Part shown: positions 20,025 to 29,604 of the stretch, piece after piece
Layout: every line of letters begins with the position of its first letter
Numbering within the stretch: the first letter of the stretch is position 1
From: Candidatus Adlerbacteria bacterium
GTDB lineage: Bacteria; Patescibacteriota; Minisyncoccia; Phycocordibacterales; SBAW01
Assembly: GCA_029288895.1 (NCBI GenBank)
Contig: JARIGK010000004.1
Location: 175,866-239,865 of the forward strand
Direction of reading: 5' to 3'
Length of the DNA: 64,000 bases
Made by a program: the position numbers and the translations under genes
Notes under the pieces: model-generated
What the model was told of the DNA's origin: nothing
The model's database searches: none
Seen by the model: only the letters and a program-made list of their open reading frames with translations

Positions 20025-20057
20025 TTTGTTCTGAAGCACCTATGTTAAAATTTCAGT
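20025..20057. repeat. 33-bp element B, copy 2
   Basis: tttgttctgaagcacctatgttaaaatttcagt (32/33 identical to B1). Confidence 0.92.
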
Positions 20058-20071
20058 TAAGAGCTTAAAGT

Positions 20072-20587
20072 ATGAGAGCCAAAACTGTACGTGTGAATGA
20101 CAGAATGCAGAAAGGGTACAGCTACACCCTGAGCGAGCCCGTGGGCAAAAATTTTGACCCGCGTTTCCAGCCCGACCTTACGCCAAAACAAATGCTCGCA
20201 CTTGGTGTGTTTGGCGGCGTCTACATGCGCGACTGCAGAAAAGAATTTCCAAAGGATTGGTTTGCGAAAGCCAAGTTTCAAACGAAAGGAGTGTATGAAC
20301 AAGATCCAACAATTAATTTTTTTAAGGTGAAGGCGAGTCAGTCGCTTAGCGAATGGAAGAGAAAAGGGTGGATATATAAAGACGACCCGCGCGGATGGTT
20401 CCAATGGTACTGCCGCTACTATATGGGGCGCCGCGGGGAGGATGACGAGCGGCAGATCAAACGCTGGGTTGCTATCCGTCGCCACATTGCGCAAATAGTA
20501 AAGAACTGCCGCAAGGGAGATTTTTCATGCCACTCAAAACAGCGGCAAGCTGTTCTTCACTGGGCGTACGACAGCAGGACGTTATAA
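20072..20587 (+). CDS. Conserved hypothetical basic protein
   Basis: FQPDLTPKQMLALGVFGG, DPRGWFQWYCRYYMGRR, RQAVLHWAYD motifs. Confidence 0.8.
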   Translation: MRAKTVRVNDRMQKGYSYTLSEPVGKNFDPRFQPDLTPKQMLALGVFGGVYMRDCRKEFPKDWFAKAKFQTKGVYEQDPTINFFKVKASQSLSEWKRKGWIYKDDPRGWFQWYCRYYMGRRGEDDERQIKRWVAIRRHIAQIVKNCRKGDFSCHSKQRQAVLHWAYDSRTL

Positions 20588-20594
20588 TTGAGGT

Positions 20595-20996
20595 ATGAAA
20601 ACAGCGACGCAATATTTCCATTACAAAAAACCAACATGGGCGCCGCCGTCGTGGCTCTTTGGTCCCGTATGGACCGTGCTCTACATTCTTATCGCGATTT
20701 CGTTTGGATACGTTGGCTACTTGTGGTTTACGAATGCAATCACACCCCAAATACTTCTCCCGTTTGTACTCAACCTCATATTCAATTTTCTGTTTACTCC
20801 AATCCAATTTCGGTTGCGCAATTTTACGCTCGCTGCCGTCGATATCATACTGGTTTGGACAACCCTTGTATGGGCGCTGGTAACTATTTTGCCTATTGCA
20901 TCGTGGGTCGCGTACATTAACTTGCCATACCTTGCGTGGGTGAGCTTCGCCACCGTCTTGCAGTTCACGATTACTGCGATGAATAGAAAGGCGTAG
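20595..20996 (+). CDS. tspO: TspO/MBR family tryptophan-rich sensory protein
   Basis: KPTWAPPSWLFGPVWTVLY; LPYLAWVSFATVL. Confidence 0.92.
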   Translation: MKTATQYFHYKKPTWAPPSWLFGPVWTVLYILIAISFGYVGYLWFTNAITPQILLPFVLNLIFNFLFTPIQFRLRNFTLAAVDIILVWTTLVWALVTILPIASWVAYINLPYLAWVSFATVLQFTITAMNRKA

Positions 20997-21063
20997 GTAC
21001 TTCACTCGTTCCCCAGAACGGGCAGGTACAATAGAGGGGTTATTTATTTTGTAAGAAAAAACT

Positions 21064-21411
21064 ATGAACAAATATTTCGTTACATTCTCGATGCCGGCTG
21101 CGACTATCCAAAACTGGATGGCGACTGTCGACGAAGAGACTCGCAAAACTCAGACAGAAGACATGATGCAAAAGTGGGAGCAGTGGATGGCCGAGCATGC
21201 AGCGCAGGTTGTCGATAAAGGCATGCCGCTTGGCCGAACAAAGCGCATCACAAGCCAGGGCATTACTGATGTTAAGAACGAACTCAACTTTTACATCATT
21301 GTCGAGGCCGAAAGCCACGACGCTGCGGCAGAGCTACTTCGCACGCATCCGCAGTTAGCTATCATCCCCGACACCTATATCGAGGTGATGACTACAACGG
21401 GCCCGCAGTGA
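21064..21411 (+). CDS. YciI-like protein
   Basis: MQKWEQWM...GMPLG...YIIVEAESHDAAAELLRTHP pattern. Confidence 0.7.
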   Translation: MNKYFVTFSMPAATIQNWMATVDEETRKTQTEDMMQKWEQWMAEHAAQVVDKGMPLGRTKRITSQGITDVKNELNFYIIVEAESHDAAAELLRTHPQLAIIPDTYIEVMTTTGPQ

Positions 21412-21436
21412 AGCCCTAATGGTATAGTTGGAGTAT

Positions 21437-23056
21437 ATGAGTATGTTGAGCAGGGTATTTGGCCGTGTCCGCGCGTGGGCATGGTACTCCAAAGTTGCTG
21501 CGGCAGTAGCGGTTGTTGCTGTTGTGGGCGTGGGCGTGCATGCACTGACGCGCACCAATGACGCTACTACTACAACGCCACAAGTGTCGCACGTGCGCGA
21601 AGCATCCGTTGCGAGCCTTTCGTCGCAGAGCGTGGGGCCATTGCCTGTCGTGGGCAACGTGACATCGCTCGATCATGCAACACTGCTTGCGCAAACGTCT
21701 GGTCCTGTGACGAGCCTTTCGAAATCGCTTGGTTCGTACGTCGCCGCGGGCGGCGTGATAGGCGAGCTTGAAAACAGCGCCCAGCGCGCAGCCGTACTCC
21801 AAGCACAAGGTGCGTACGAAGCAGCGCAAGCGTCATTTGCAAACACCAGCGGGACGTCGGCGCAAAACTCTGGCATCGGTGCAAATCAGGCAGTGCAAAA
21901 TGTGGCAAACACACAAGCAAGTGCAAACACTGCGATGCAAAGCCTCTACTCGGCGCTCGACGACGCGGTGCATACCAAAGCCGACCTTTTGTTTACTAAC
22001 CCGCGCACTAATGCAACGCTTTTGCTGACGACAACCGACAGCCAGCTTGCTATTACCTTGCAGAACGAACGTGTCGCACTTGAGCACACGCTTTCGAATG
22101 CAAACAGCAAAGCAAATGCATCAACGCGCGCGGACACTGACGCTGACATCACAACGATGGCCGCGTATGGGCAGGCGACGGTAACCTTCCTTAACCATTT
22201 GGTCGAGGCGGTAAACAAAGCGCTGCCTACAGAAACTGTCACAGCGGCGCAAATTTCCGGGTACCAAACATCCATTGCTGCGGCACGCACCGAAGTAGTG
22301 AGTGCGCTCTCGAGCCTTTCGTCGGCAAAAACAGCGTATGATGCCGCGGTGGCAAGCGCTGCAACGGCAAGCAACACTGCGGGCACTGGCACAGCAAACA
22401 GCATTAGCGCAGCCGGGGCGCAGGTGACGCAGGCACAAGGCGCACTTGATGCTGCACGCTCGGCGCTTGAAAAAACAATCATCCGCTCGCCGATTTCCGG
22501 CACCATTGTAAGTTTGCCCATTACGCGCGGCGGCTTTGTCACTGCGGGCTCGCAAGTGGCAGTCGTCTCAAACCCAGGCGCTTTGGAGGTTGATGCGTAT
22601 GTAACGCCAAGCGATGCGAAGACCATTGTCGTCGGTGGCGTGGCAACCATAGGGCAGGGCACCCGCGGCGTTATCGTTTCTATTGCACCAGCGCTCGACC
22701 CAACCATCGGCAAAATTTTGGTAAAGATTGGTATTCCGGGCAGCCAAGCAGCGCTCACCGATGGTGACACCGTCTCTGTCACACTCGCACGCTCGACGCC
22801 GGCACAGGTCAAACAACAAACAAAGACGCCAGAAGGTACGGTGCTTATTCCGATAGTTGCAGCAAAAATTACGCCTCAAGGCCCCGTCGTCTTCCAAGTG
22901 ACTGCGTCATCGACTTTGCACAGCATCCCTGTGACGCTCGGCACTATTTTGGGCGAACAAGTTACCATCACAAGCGGTCTTACCCCTGACATGAGTATCG
23001 TTACCGATGCGCGCGGGCTCTCCGATGGCGACACGGTCGTCGTCGACACTCAATAA
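21437..23056 (+). CDS. RND efflux membrane-fusion (adaptor) protein
   Basis: N-terminal TM, lipoyl halves, long alpha-helical hairpin, IIRSPISGTI, GLSDGDTV. Confidence 0.88.
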   Translation: MSMLSRVFGRVRAWAWYSKVAAAVAVVAVVGVGVHALTRTNDATTTTPQVSHVREASVASLSSQSVGPLPVVGNVTSLDHATLLAQTSGPVTSLSKSLGSYVAAGGVIGELENSAQRAAVLQAQGAYEAAQASFANTSGTSAQNSGIGANQAVQNVANTQASANTAMQSLYSALDDAVHTKADLLFTNPRTNATLLLTTTDSQLAITLQNERVALEHTLSNANSKANASTRADTDADITTMAAYGQATVTFLNHLVEAVNKALPTETVTAAQISGYQTSIAAARTEVVSALSSLSSAKTAYDAAVASAATASNTAGTGTANSISAAGAQVTQAQGALDAARSALEKTIIRSPISGTIVSLPITRGGFVTAGSQVAVVSNPGALEVDAYVTPSDAKTIVVGGVATIGQGTRGVIVSIAPALDPTIGKILVKIGIPGSQAALTDGDTVSVTLARSTPAQVKQQTKTPEGTVLIPIVAAKITPQGPVVFQVTASSTLHSIPVTLGTILGEQVTITSGLTPDMSIVTDARGLSDGDTVVVDTQ

Positions 23057-23059
23057 CCT

Positions 23060-26000
23060 ATGTTGTGGCTGTGGAATTTCTTCCTGGAGCGCAAACAATT
23101 TAGCTACGTCCTTATTGCGACGCTTGTTATTGCAGGGTTCTATGCGCTTTTGCAGATCCCAAAAGAAAATGCGCCGTCTATTGTCATCCCCAACGGCATC
23201 GTTACGGTTGCCTTGCCGGGCGCCTCGGCCGAAGATATCGAGCGCCTCGTCACGAACAAACTCGAAGATCAAATTTCTGGTCTCTCGAACCTCGACACCA
23301 TTTCATCAAACTCAAGCGATGGCGTTTCCGTACTAAACGTACAATTCAGCGCAAACGCCGACGTCAACCAATCGATCCAAGACCTGCGCGACGCAGTAGC
23401 CAAAGCGGTGCCTAACTTGCCGCAAGATGCCACGGCGCCGCAAGTCAGCAAGATCGATATCACCAATCAACCTATTCTTGTTGTTTCGATTTCGGGCGAC
23501 CTGCCATTGCCAGCATTTTCTGCCTTGGGCACATCAGTGTCGGATGACTTGAAGAGCATCCCTGGAGTTTCGGAAGTGGATGTTACTGGCGTGCCAGATA
23601 GAGAGGTGGATGTCATCGTCAGCAAAGAACAGCTCGAGCGATATGGCTTGCGCTTGGTTGATGTGATTGGCGCTATCTCGTCTGCAAACGCTGCGGCACC
23701 TGCAGGCAGCATTTCGATAAACGGCGTTAACTACACCGTGAACTTTAAAGGCGGCATCGACGACCCGTCCGAAATACAAAACATTGCGGTTGGCTCCAAA
23801 AATGGCGTGCCGATTTATGTGCGCGACATAGCAGTCGTCTCCGACGGCCTGGCACCTGCAAAAACATATTCGCGCCTCTCGCTTGGCGGCAAACCAAGCA
23901 ATCAAGCCATGACGCTTATGGTCTACAAGCAGTCGGGCGCGAGTGTGCAAGGTGTTGCCAACGCTGCAAAGAAAAAAGTCGAAGCGTTGAAAGGCACATC
24001 GCTCAAAGGCCTCGATGTGTTTATCTCGCCGTCGACAGACCAGGGCGTGCAGGTTTCAAAGCAGTTGGGCGACTTGGCCGAAACAGGGCTCGAAACTGTC
24101 GCACTCGTGCTCATTGTGCTCTTTATCACTATCGGTTGGCGCGAGTCTGTTGTGGCAGGGCTCGCTATCCCGATGTCCTTCCTTATCGCGTTTATCGGGC
24201 TCTACCTTACCGGCAATACGCTTAACTTTATTTCGCTCTTTGCACTTATTTTAGCCGTCGGCATTTTGGTCGACTCTGGCATCGTCGTGACGGAAGCCAT
24301 CCATGCACGCCGTCCATTATTTAAAGACTCGATGGATGCTGCACGCGCGGCACTCCACGACTACGCGTGGCCGCTTATCGCGGGCACCATGGCGACAGTG
24401 GCCGTGTTCGCACCGCTCTTCTTTATCTCGGGCATCGTTGGCAAATTTATCGCTGGTATTCCGTACACGCTTATCTTTGTGCTCATCGCATCGATCTTCG
24501 TGGCGCTTGGTATTGTGCCGCTCATTGCCGTGCTTTTTTCGTCGAGCCAAACGCAGAGCCGTTTGGAGGAGCTCCAAGAAATGTATACCGAAAAGACAAC
24601 GCATTGGTATAAAGAAAAATTGCGCATCATGCTCGAGAGTAAACGCGCACAGCGCCTCTTCTTGCGCGGGCTTGCGGCGCTCTTTGTGTTGTCGCTCGCG
24701 CTGCCATTTACGGGTTTGGTGCAAACAACATTCTTCCCGCAAGACGACCAAGATTTTGTCTACATAAACATCCAAAAACCAGAAGGCACGACGCTTGCAC
24801 AAACAGATTTGACTGTGCGCGAGGTGGAAGAGATCTTGTACAAAAACAGCGATATCTCGTCGTTTGAAACAACCGTTGGCCAAAGTTCTGGGCTTACGGG
24901 CTCGGGCTCGTCCGGCAGCAACCAAGCAAACATCACAGTAAACTTGCCGCTTGGCCACAAAAAGACAAGCACCAGCATTTCAAACGAATTAACACAGCAG
25001 CTTGGCGTTATCACCGATGCAGATATTCAAGTGCTCCAGGCAAACAATGGGCCATCGTCGGGCGCGCCGATTCAAATACAGTTTAAAGGCGAGAATTTAA
25101 ATGACTTGATCACCGCAGCACAAGCAGGGAAGCGATTGCTTGCAAGTATGCCGGATGTCAAAAATATCACTGACACGACGCAAAACAATGGCACTGCGTT
25201 TGACTTGAGCATTGACCGTGGGAAAGCAACGGCGCTTGGCCTCTCGACACAAATGGTGGCGCAAACATTGCGCGCCGCGATCCAGGGCGCCAAGGCCACA
25301 AGCATCACAGAGCCGCAAAAAGATATCGACGTTATCGTAAAGCTCAACCTAAACACCAACTACATCGACCCGTCCGACACGACGCGCACCACGATTGATG
25401 CAATTAAAAATCTTTCGATCCAAGGCAGCACGGGCCCTGTGCTCTTGGGCTCGGTGCTCACAGACAGCCTGGGGCAGAGCAACGCAGCAATTGCCCACAA
25501 AGACAAAGTACGTATTGAAACAGTATCGGCATACCCGAGCGACAACACAACGGCCAATGCCGTAGTCGGCGCGTTCCAAAAACGCCAAAGCGAACTGATT
25601 TTGCCCGAAGGCGTGACGGCTTCGTATGGCGGCGAAACACAAGACGTAAATAAATCATTTACAGAAATGTTTCTCGCGCTTATCGCGGGGCTCGTGCTTA
25701 TGTTTATGATCCTCATCATTTCATTTAACTCGATCCGCCACACGCTCCAACTGTTGCTTATCGTGCCGCTCTCGCTCATCGGCGTCTTGGATGGTTTGGC
25801 GCTCACGGGGCAGCCGGTGTCGTTTACCTCGCTCCTTGGCATCATTGCGCTCGGCGGCGTCATCATTAACCACGCCATTATATTGATGGACTCAATGATC
25901 CATCAGCTGCATGCGCACCCGGACAAGTCGCTCGTTGATATTGTCGTCGACTCATCTGCAACGCGCTTGCGCCCGATTGTGCTGACAACTATTACTACTG

Positions 26001-26161
26001 TTGTGGGTATGATCCCGCTCGCGCTGTCGAATGCTACATGGGGTCCGCTGGCGTACGCTGTGATGTTTGGCTTGACCTTCGCTATCTGTCTCACGCTTGT
26101 GCTCGTGCCAGTGCTCTTCTTCCGCTATCACACGCGCATGCGCGCAAAAGCAACGCACTAG
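23060..26161 (+). CDS. AcrB/AcrD/AcrF family RND permease
   Basis: 1033 aa; LPGASAEDIERLVT, GILVDSGIVVTE, RLRPIVLTTITT. Confidence 0.95.
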   Translation: MLWLWNFFLERKQFSYVLIATLVIAGFYALLQIPKENAPSIVIPNGIVTVALPGASAEDIERLVTNKLEDQISGLSNLDTISSNSSDGVSVLNVQFSANADVNQSIQDLRDAVAKAVPNLPQDATAPQVSKIDITNQPILVVSISGDLPLPAFSALGTSVSDDLKSIPGVSEVDVTGVPDREVDVIVSKEQLERYGLRLVDVIGAISSANAAAPAGSISINGVNYTVNFKGGIDDPSEIQNIAVGSKNGVPIYVRDIAVVSDGLAPAKTYSRLSLGGKPSNQAMTLMVYKQSGASVQGVANAAKKKVEALKGTSLKGLDVFISPSTDQGVQVSKQLGDLAETGLETVALVLIVLFITIGWRESVVAGLAIPMSFLIAFIGLYLTGNTLNFISLFALILAVGILVDSGIVVTEAIHARRPLFKDSMDAARAALHDYAWPLIAGTMATVAVFAPLFFISGIVGKFIAGIPYTLIFVLIASIFVALGIVPLIAVLFSSSQTQSRLEELQEMYTEKTTHWYKEKLRIMLESKRAQRLFLRGLAALFVLSLALPFTGLVQTTFFPQDDQDFVYINIQKPEGTTLAQTDLTVREVEEILYKNSDISSFETTVGQSSGLTGSGSSGSNQANITVNLPLGHKKTSTSISNELTQQLGVITDADIQVLQANNGPSSGAPIQIQFKGENLNDLITAAQAGKRLLASMPDVKNITDTTQNNGTAFDLSIDRGKATALGLSTQMVAQTLRAAIQGAKATSITEPQKDIDVIVKLNLNTNYIDPSDTTRTTIDAIKNLSIQGSTGPVLLGSVLTDSLGQSNAAIAHKDKVRIETVSAYPSDNTTANAVVGAFQKRQSELILPEGVTASYGGETQDVNKSFTEMFLALIAGLVLMFMILIISFNSIRHTLQLLLIVPLSLIGVLDGLALTGQPVSFTSLLGIIALGGVIINHAIILMDSMIHQLHAHPDKSLVDIVVDSSATRLRPIVLTTITTVVGMIPLALSNATWGPLAYAVMFGLTFAICLTLVLVPVLFFRYHTRMRAKATH

Positions 26162-26224
26162 TGCGTGTCGACTTCATCGTTTTACATGACATCAGCGTGA
26201 AGCGTCCTTATACTGGAAGCGCTG

Positions 26225-26824
26225 ATGTACAAAATTCTCATAGGCGGATTGATTATTGTTGTTGCGTTCTGTACGCACCTGCAGTCCGCAAGCCCAAGCG
26301 ATGCTATCCCGCAGATTCCTGATGCGGGCACTGTAGTTTCTACGTCGAGCGCGCCGACATCGCACGAAGACGTCCATGTAACCCCGACCGTAGCGCATGT
26401 ACCTGTGCGTGTGCGCATACCCGCACTCAATCTAAATGATGCGGTGGTGCCAGTTGGGCTTACACAGGACGGCGCTATGGATGTGCCGCCGGGCAACACA
26501 AAGAATGTTGGCTGGTACGAGTACGGCACCGTGCCAGGCGACATAGGAAGTGCGGTGTTTGATGCACATGTGTTTGCTGCATTTTCGAAGCTCTACAAAT
26601 TAAAAGCAGGGGACGACATCTACGTCACGCTCATGGATGGACGCGAAGAGCATTTTACTGTTGAAGAGACAAACGTATACGCACTCGGTGATGTTCCTGC
26701 GGAAGCACTCTTTGCGCGTGCGGATACACAGAGGCTCAACTTGATTACATGCGAAGGCAAACTCACGCGCGACCGCTCGACCTACGACCATAGGCGCATT
26801 ATCTCTGCGACGCTCGTGCAATAA
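26225..26824 (+). CDS. Class F sortase
   Basis: PVRVRIPAL, GWYEYGTVPGDIGSAVFDAH, LNLITC, catalytic Arg in DHRR. Confidence 0.9.
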   Translation: MYKILIGGLIIVVAFCTHLQSASPSDAIPQIPDAGTVVSTSSAPTSHEDVHVTPTVAHVPVRVRIPALNLNDAVVPVGLTQDGAMDVPPGNTKNVGWYEYGTVPGDIGSAVFDAHVFAAFSKLYKLKAGDDIYVTLMDGREEHFTVEETNVYALGDVPAEALFARADTQRLNLITCEGKLTRDRSTYDHRRIISATLVQ

Positions 26825-26879
26825 ACAAAGCCCCATAGAAGGGGCTCTGTTGTGTTACGAGAGTTTGGATCGGTTCCGT

Positions 26880-27227
26880 CTATGAGCGAAGTGCGATCTT
26901 GCGCTGGCGTGCTAGATATACTGCAGCGCCGCCCGCGATAAGTGCACTGCCGCCAAGTGTTGCCCATGCGCCAAGTGCATCGCCGCCCAACCCTGTGTTT
27001 GGCGTGCCTGGCGTTGTGCTCATGGTGCCACTCGTGCCTGAGGTGCCAGTAGTTCCGGTTGTGTTAGTAGTGCCCGTTGTTCCCGTTGTGTTTGTGGAAC
27101 CGGTTGTACCAGTCGTACCCGTTGTGCTGCTGCCAGTAGTCTGTGCAAACGCGACGCCGCTGCCCAAGAGCAACGTTAGTGCGACTGCGGCACTTCCTGC
27201 TTTAATCCCAAGTGTGCGTAGAGTCAT
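26880..27227 (-). CDS. Secreted Thr/Gly-rich protein with sortase sorting signal (TPNTG)
   Basis: Signal peptide ending AFA, (GTT)n low-complexity core, TPNTG + TM + RQRK tail. Confidence 0.82.
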   Translation of the reverse strand: MTLRTLGIKAGSAAVALTLLLGSGVAFAQTTGSSTTGTTGTTGSTNTTGTTGTTNTTGTTGTSGTSGTMSTTPGTPNTGLGGDALGAWATLGGSALIAGGAAVYLARQRKIALRS

Positions 27228-27295
27228 AGAAGATGTAGTGTTAGCGAGTTAGTAATTCGTAATTCGCACATGAGAGTCCAGTATAGGTTGCATGT

Positions 27296-27312
27296 ACTGA
27301 ACGCGAGGTGAA
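27296..27312 (-). promoter_or_regulatory. Direct-repeat box TTCA-N7-TTCA upstream of a -10 element
   Basis: ttcacctcgcgttcagt, identical to 62758-62774; TATACT lies 12 nt after the second TTCA. Confidence 0.65.
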
Positions 27313-27380
27313 CGAACGCATGATTTGCTCACTCAAAAACTCGTGGTTGAGCTTGATTCATCAAATCTACAGAATGTAAG

Positions 27381-27962
27381 ATGGAGGTAATGCAAAAAAC
27401 TACATCACGTTCGATTGCTTCAAATATAATTTTTACTCCCATCTTGCCATCGCGCACTCGTACTGTTCGTTACATTGGCGGCGTGACGCGCATGCAGAAC
27501 GAACGAATCCTGTCGCATATAGAAAAACTGTTGCACAAAAACGAAGAGGAAATTGGTTTGTTTGTGACATCACCGGGCGGGGCTACAGGTGCCGCGATGA
27601 GCTTTTATGACACCGTGCGCCATATTTTAAAACCTGCGCTTGTGACGATTGGCTCAGGCGACGTCGACTCATCCGGCATTGTTATCTTTTTGTCGGGCAC
27701 ACGCCGTTATGTGAGCCGCCGTACAACATTTTTGTTGCACCCAGCAGGCCGCGTCTTTGGTAACCAGCGCTATACGACAGCCGAAATGGCCGCGATGCTC
27801 GCCGAAGACAAACTCAAAGACGAACAGTACGCGAGTGTTGTTGCAGATAATTCTCGCGGGAATCTTTCTGTGCAGGATGTGCTCCTCATGATGGAGAAAC
27901 ATACCGTTTGTTCTGCGGATGATTTTCTACGAATGGGTCTCGTCGACGGCGTGCTTGAATAG
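27381..27962 (+). CDS. ClpP-like protease subunit
   Basis: VTSPGG, GDVDSSG (Ser), FLLHP (His), GLVDGV. Confidence 0.8.
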   Translation: MEVMQKTTSRSIASNIIFTPILPSRTRTVRYIGGVTRMQNERILSHIEKLLHKNEEEIGLFVTSPGGATGAAMSFYDTVRHILKPALVTIGSGDVDSSGIVIFLSGTRRYVSRRTTFLLHPAGRVFGNQRYTTAEMAAMLAEDKLKDEQYASVVADNSRGNLSVQDVLLMMEKHTVCSADDFLRMGLVDGVLE

Positions 27963-27967
27963 CTGCC

Positions 27968-28000
27968 TTAACCTGCGCTTAATGTTGCCTCAGCTAGAGT
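27968..28000 (+). promoter_or_regulatory. TTAA-N7-TTAA box plus -10 element
   Basis: ttaa-cctgcgc-ttaa-12 nt-tagagt upstream of the KGG gene. Confidence 0.55.
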
Positions 28001-28047
28001 GACTACAGGTCGATGTTATTGGCTAGCAGCTAAAATTGAAAAAGCAT

Positions 28048-28293
28048 ATGGCAAACAACAATAGCGGTAACAACGGTAACGGTCGTGATGGTCGTGGCTT
28101 TGCTGGAATGGATCCAGAAAAGCAGCGCGAGATAGCAAGCAAAGGCGGCAAGGCCGCTCATGAGAAAGGGACTGCGCACGAGTTCGACTCGCAGGAAGCG
28201 CAGGAAGCGGGCCGCAAAGGCGGTAAAGCCGCTCACTCAAATTCGAGGGAAGACAACAGTAGCGATGACGAACGATCATCAGACGACGACTGA
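28048..28293 (+). CDS. KGG-repeat general stress protein (YciG/GsiB-like)
   Basis: RGFAGMDPEKQREIASKGG, EAQEAGRKGG. Confidence 0.9.
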   Translation: MANNNSGNNGNGRDGRGFAGMDPEKQREIASKGGKAAHEKGTAHEFDSQEAQEAGRKGGKAAHSNSREDNSSDDERSSDDD

Positions 28294-28416
28294 CCGGAGC
28301 CTCCCGTTCTTCCCCCAAACATCCCGCATTCGCGGGATGTTTGCATATATGCATGAAGACGCCCCATATGTGGATTTCTTTCAGTGGGCTGCCTGGTATA
28401 GTGAAATCAGGTTTTT

Positions 28417-29565
28417 ATGGCGGCGAAGAAGAAAACATTTTTAAAGACACACGATGCTCTACTGTACGCCGCAGCTATTCTCTTTGGATGTGCTCTGTGC
28501 TGCGGGCTCGCGTACGCGGCAAGTTACGTGAGCCCCTTTGCCGTGAAGTATGTGGGCGGCGCGGCCGCCGCGGACGCTGCTACAACCACCGCGGGGAGTG
28601 CTACGCAGCCATCATCACAGCCTCCGCTCGACATCAATGCATATAACACCAAGCTTCTTTTCTTGGCGCACGTTGCAACATCAAGTTCGTGGTACCAATA
28701 CTTTTTGACAGGCACCACAACTGGCACCACGACGCCAAAAAAACAATTGTGGCCGGTGAAGACTACGTACCCGAACCCTGGCGCATTACTGCCGAACAAT
28801 CGCATCGTCGCGTATTACGGCAACTTCTACTCCAAAGGTATGGGTGTGCTCGGCGAGTATCCAGAAGATGTCATGATCCAAAAACTGAAGGATGCGGTAG
28901 CGGGGTGGCAAGCGGCCGACCCGTCAACGCCTGTTATCCCCGCAATTGATTACATCGATGTCACGGCACAGGGGAGCCCGGGCAAAGACGGCAAGTATCG
29001 CTTGCGCATGCCCGACAGCCAAATCGATAAAGCGATTGAGATCGCAAACAAAGTACACGGCATTGTGATTTTGGATGTGCAGGTTGGGTTGAGCAATTTG
29101 CAAAGCGAACTGCCGTTGCTTTCGACATACTTGGCGATGCCGAATGTGCACCTCGCAATTGACCCTGAGTTTGCGATGCACGGCGGCACCCCGCCTGGCC
29201 GTGTTATTGGGACGATGAGCTCGGCCGATGTAAACTACGCTGCCAATTTCTTGGCCGACCTGGTGAAGAAAAATAATCTGCCGCCAAAAATTTTGATTGT
29301 GCACCGATTTACAGAAGAGATGGTGACGGGATACGGGAATATCAAACCATTGCCTGAGGTGCAGATCGTGATGGACATGGACGGCTGGGGCTTTCCGGCA
29401 AAAAAGATTAATACGTACAATTCGGTTATCTATTCTGAGCCCGTACAGTTCACTGGCTTTAAACTCTTCTACAAAAACGACATCAAACCGCCAAGCAAGG
29501 CGATGATGACTCCTGCCGAAGTACTCAAGCTCACACCTGCGCCGTTATTTATTCAGTATCAATAA
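28417..29565 (+). CDS. Conserved membrane-anchored extracellular hypothetical protein
   Basis: N-terminal TM; RIVAYYGN, LDVQVG, HLAIDPEF, MDGWG, GFKLFYKND. Confidence 0.8.
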   Translation: MAAKKKTFLKTHDALLYAAAILFGCALCCGLAYAASYVSPFAVKYVGGAAAADAATTTAGSATQPSSQPPLDINAYNTKLLFLAHVATSSSWYQYFLTGTTTGTTTPKKQLWPVKTTYPNPGALLPNNRIVAYYGNFYSKGMGVLGEYPEDVMIQKLKDAVAGWQAADPSTPVIPAIDYIDVTAQGSPGKDGKYRLRMPDSQIDKAIEIANKVHGIVILDVQVGLSNLQSELPLLSTYLAMPNVHLAIDPEFAMHGGTPPGRVIGTMSSADVNYAANFLADLVKKNNLPPKILIVHRFTEEMVTGYGNIKPLPEVQIVMDMDGWGFPAKKINTYNSVIYSEPVQFTGFKLFYKNDIKPPSKAMMTPAEVLKLTPAPLFIQYQ

Positions 29566-29604
29566 AAAACACAGCCCAGAAAGGGCTGTGAGGGTGCCGA
29601 AGAA

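Larger units (their letters stand above)
15854..20057. mobile_element. tRNA-Gln-adjacent accessory island organised as a repeat-delimited gene-cassette array
   Basis: Six short co-oriented genes, visibly AT-richer in the first half, separated by three 89-bp and two 33-bp conserved elements; no integrase in the window. Confidence 0.6.

Noticed and set aside
17150-20057. Repeats A/B as a CRISPR array
   Set aside because: The repeats are 89 and 33 bp and are separated by whole genes (0.5-1 kb), not 25-50 bp spacers; no cas genes.
27000-27140. Thr/Gly tandem repeats as a DNA repeat array
   Set aside because: Synonymous variation shows this is protein-level low complexity within a coding gene.
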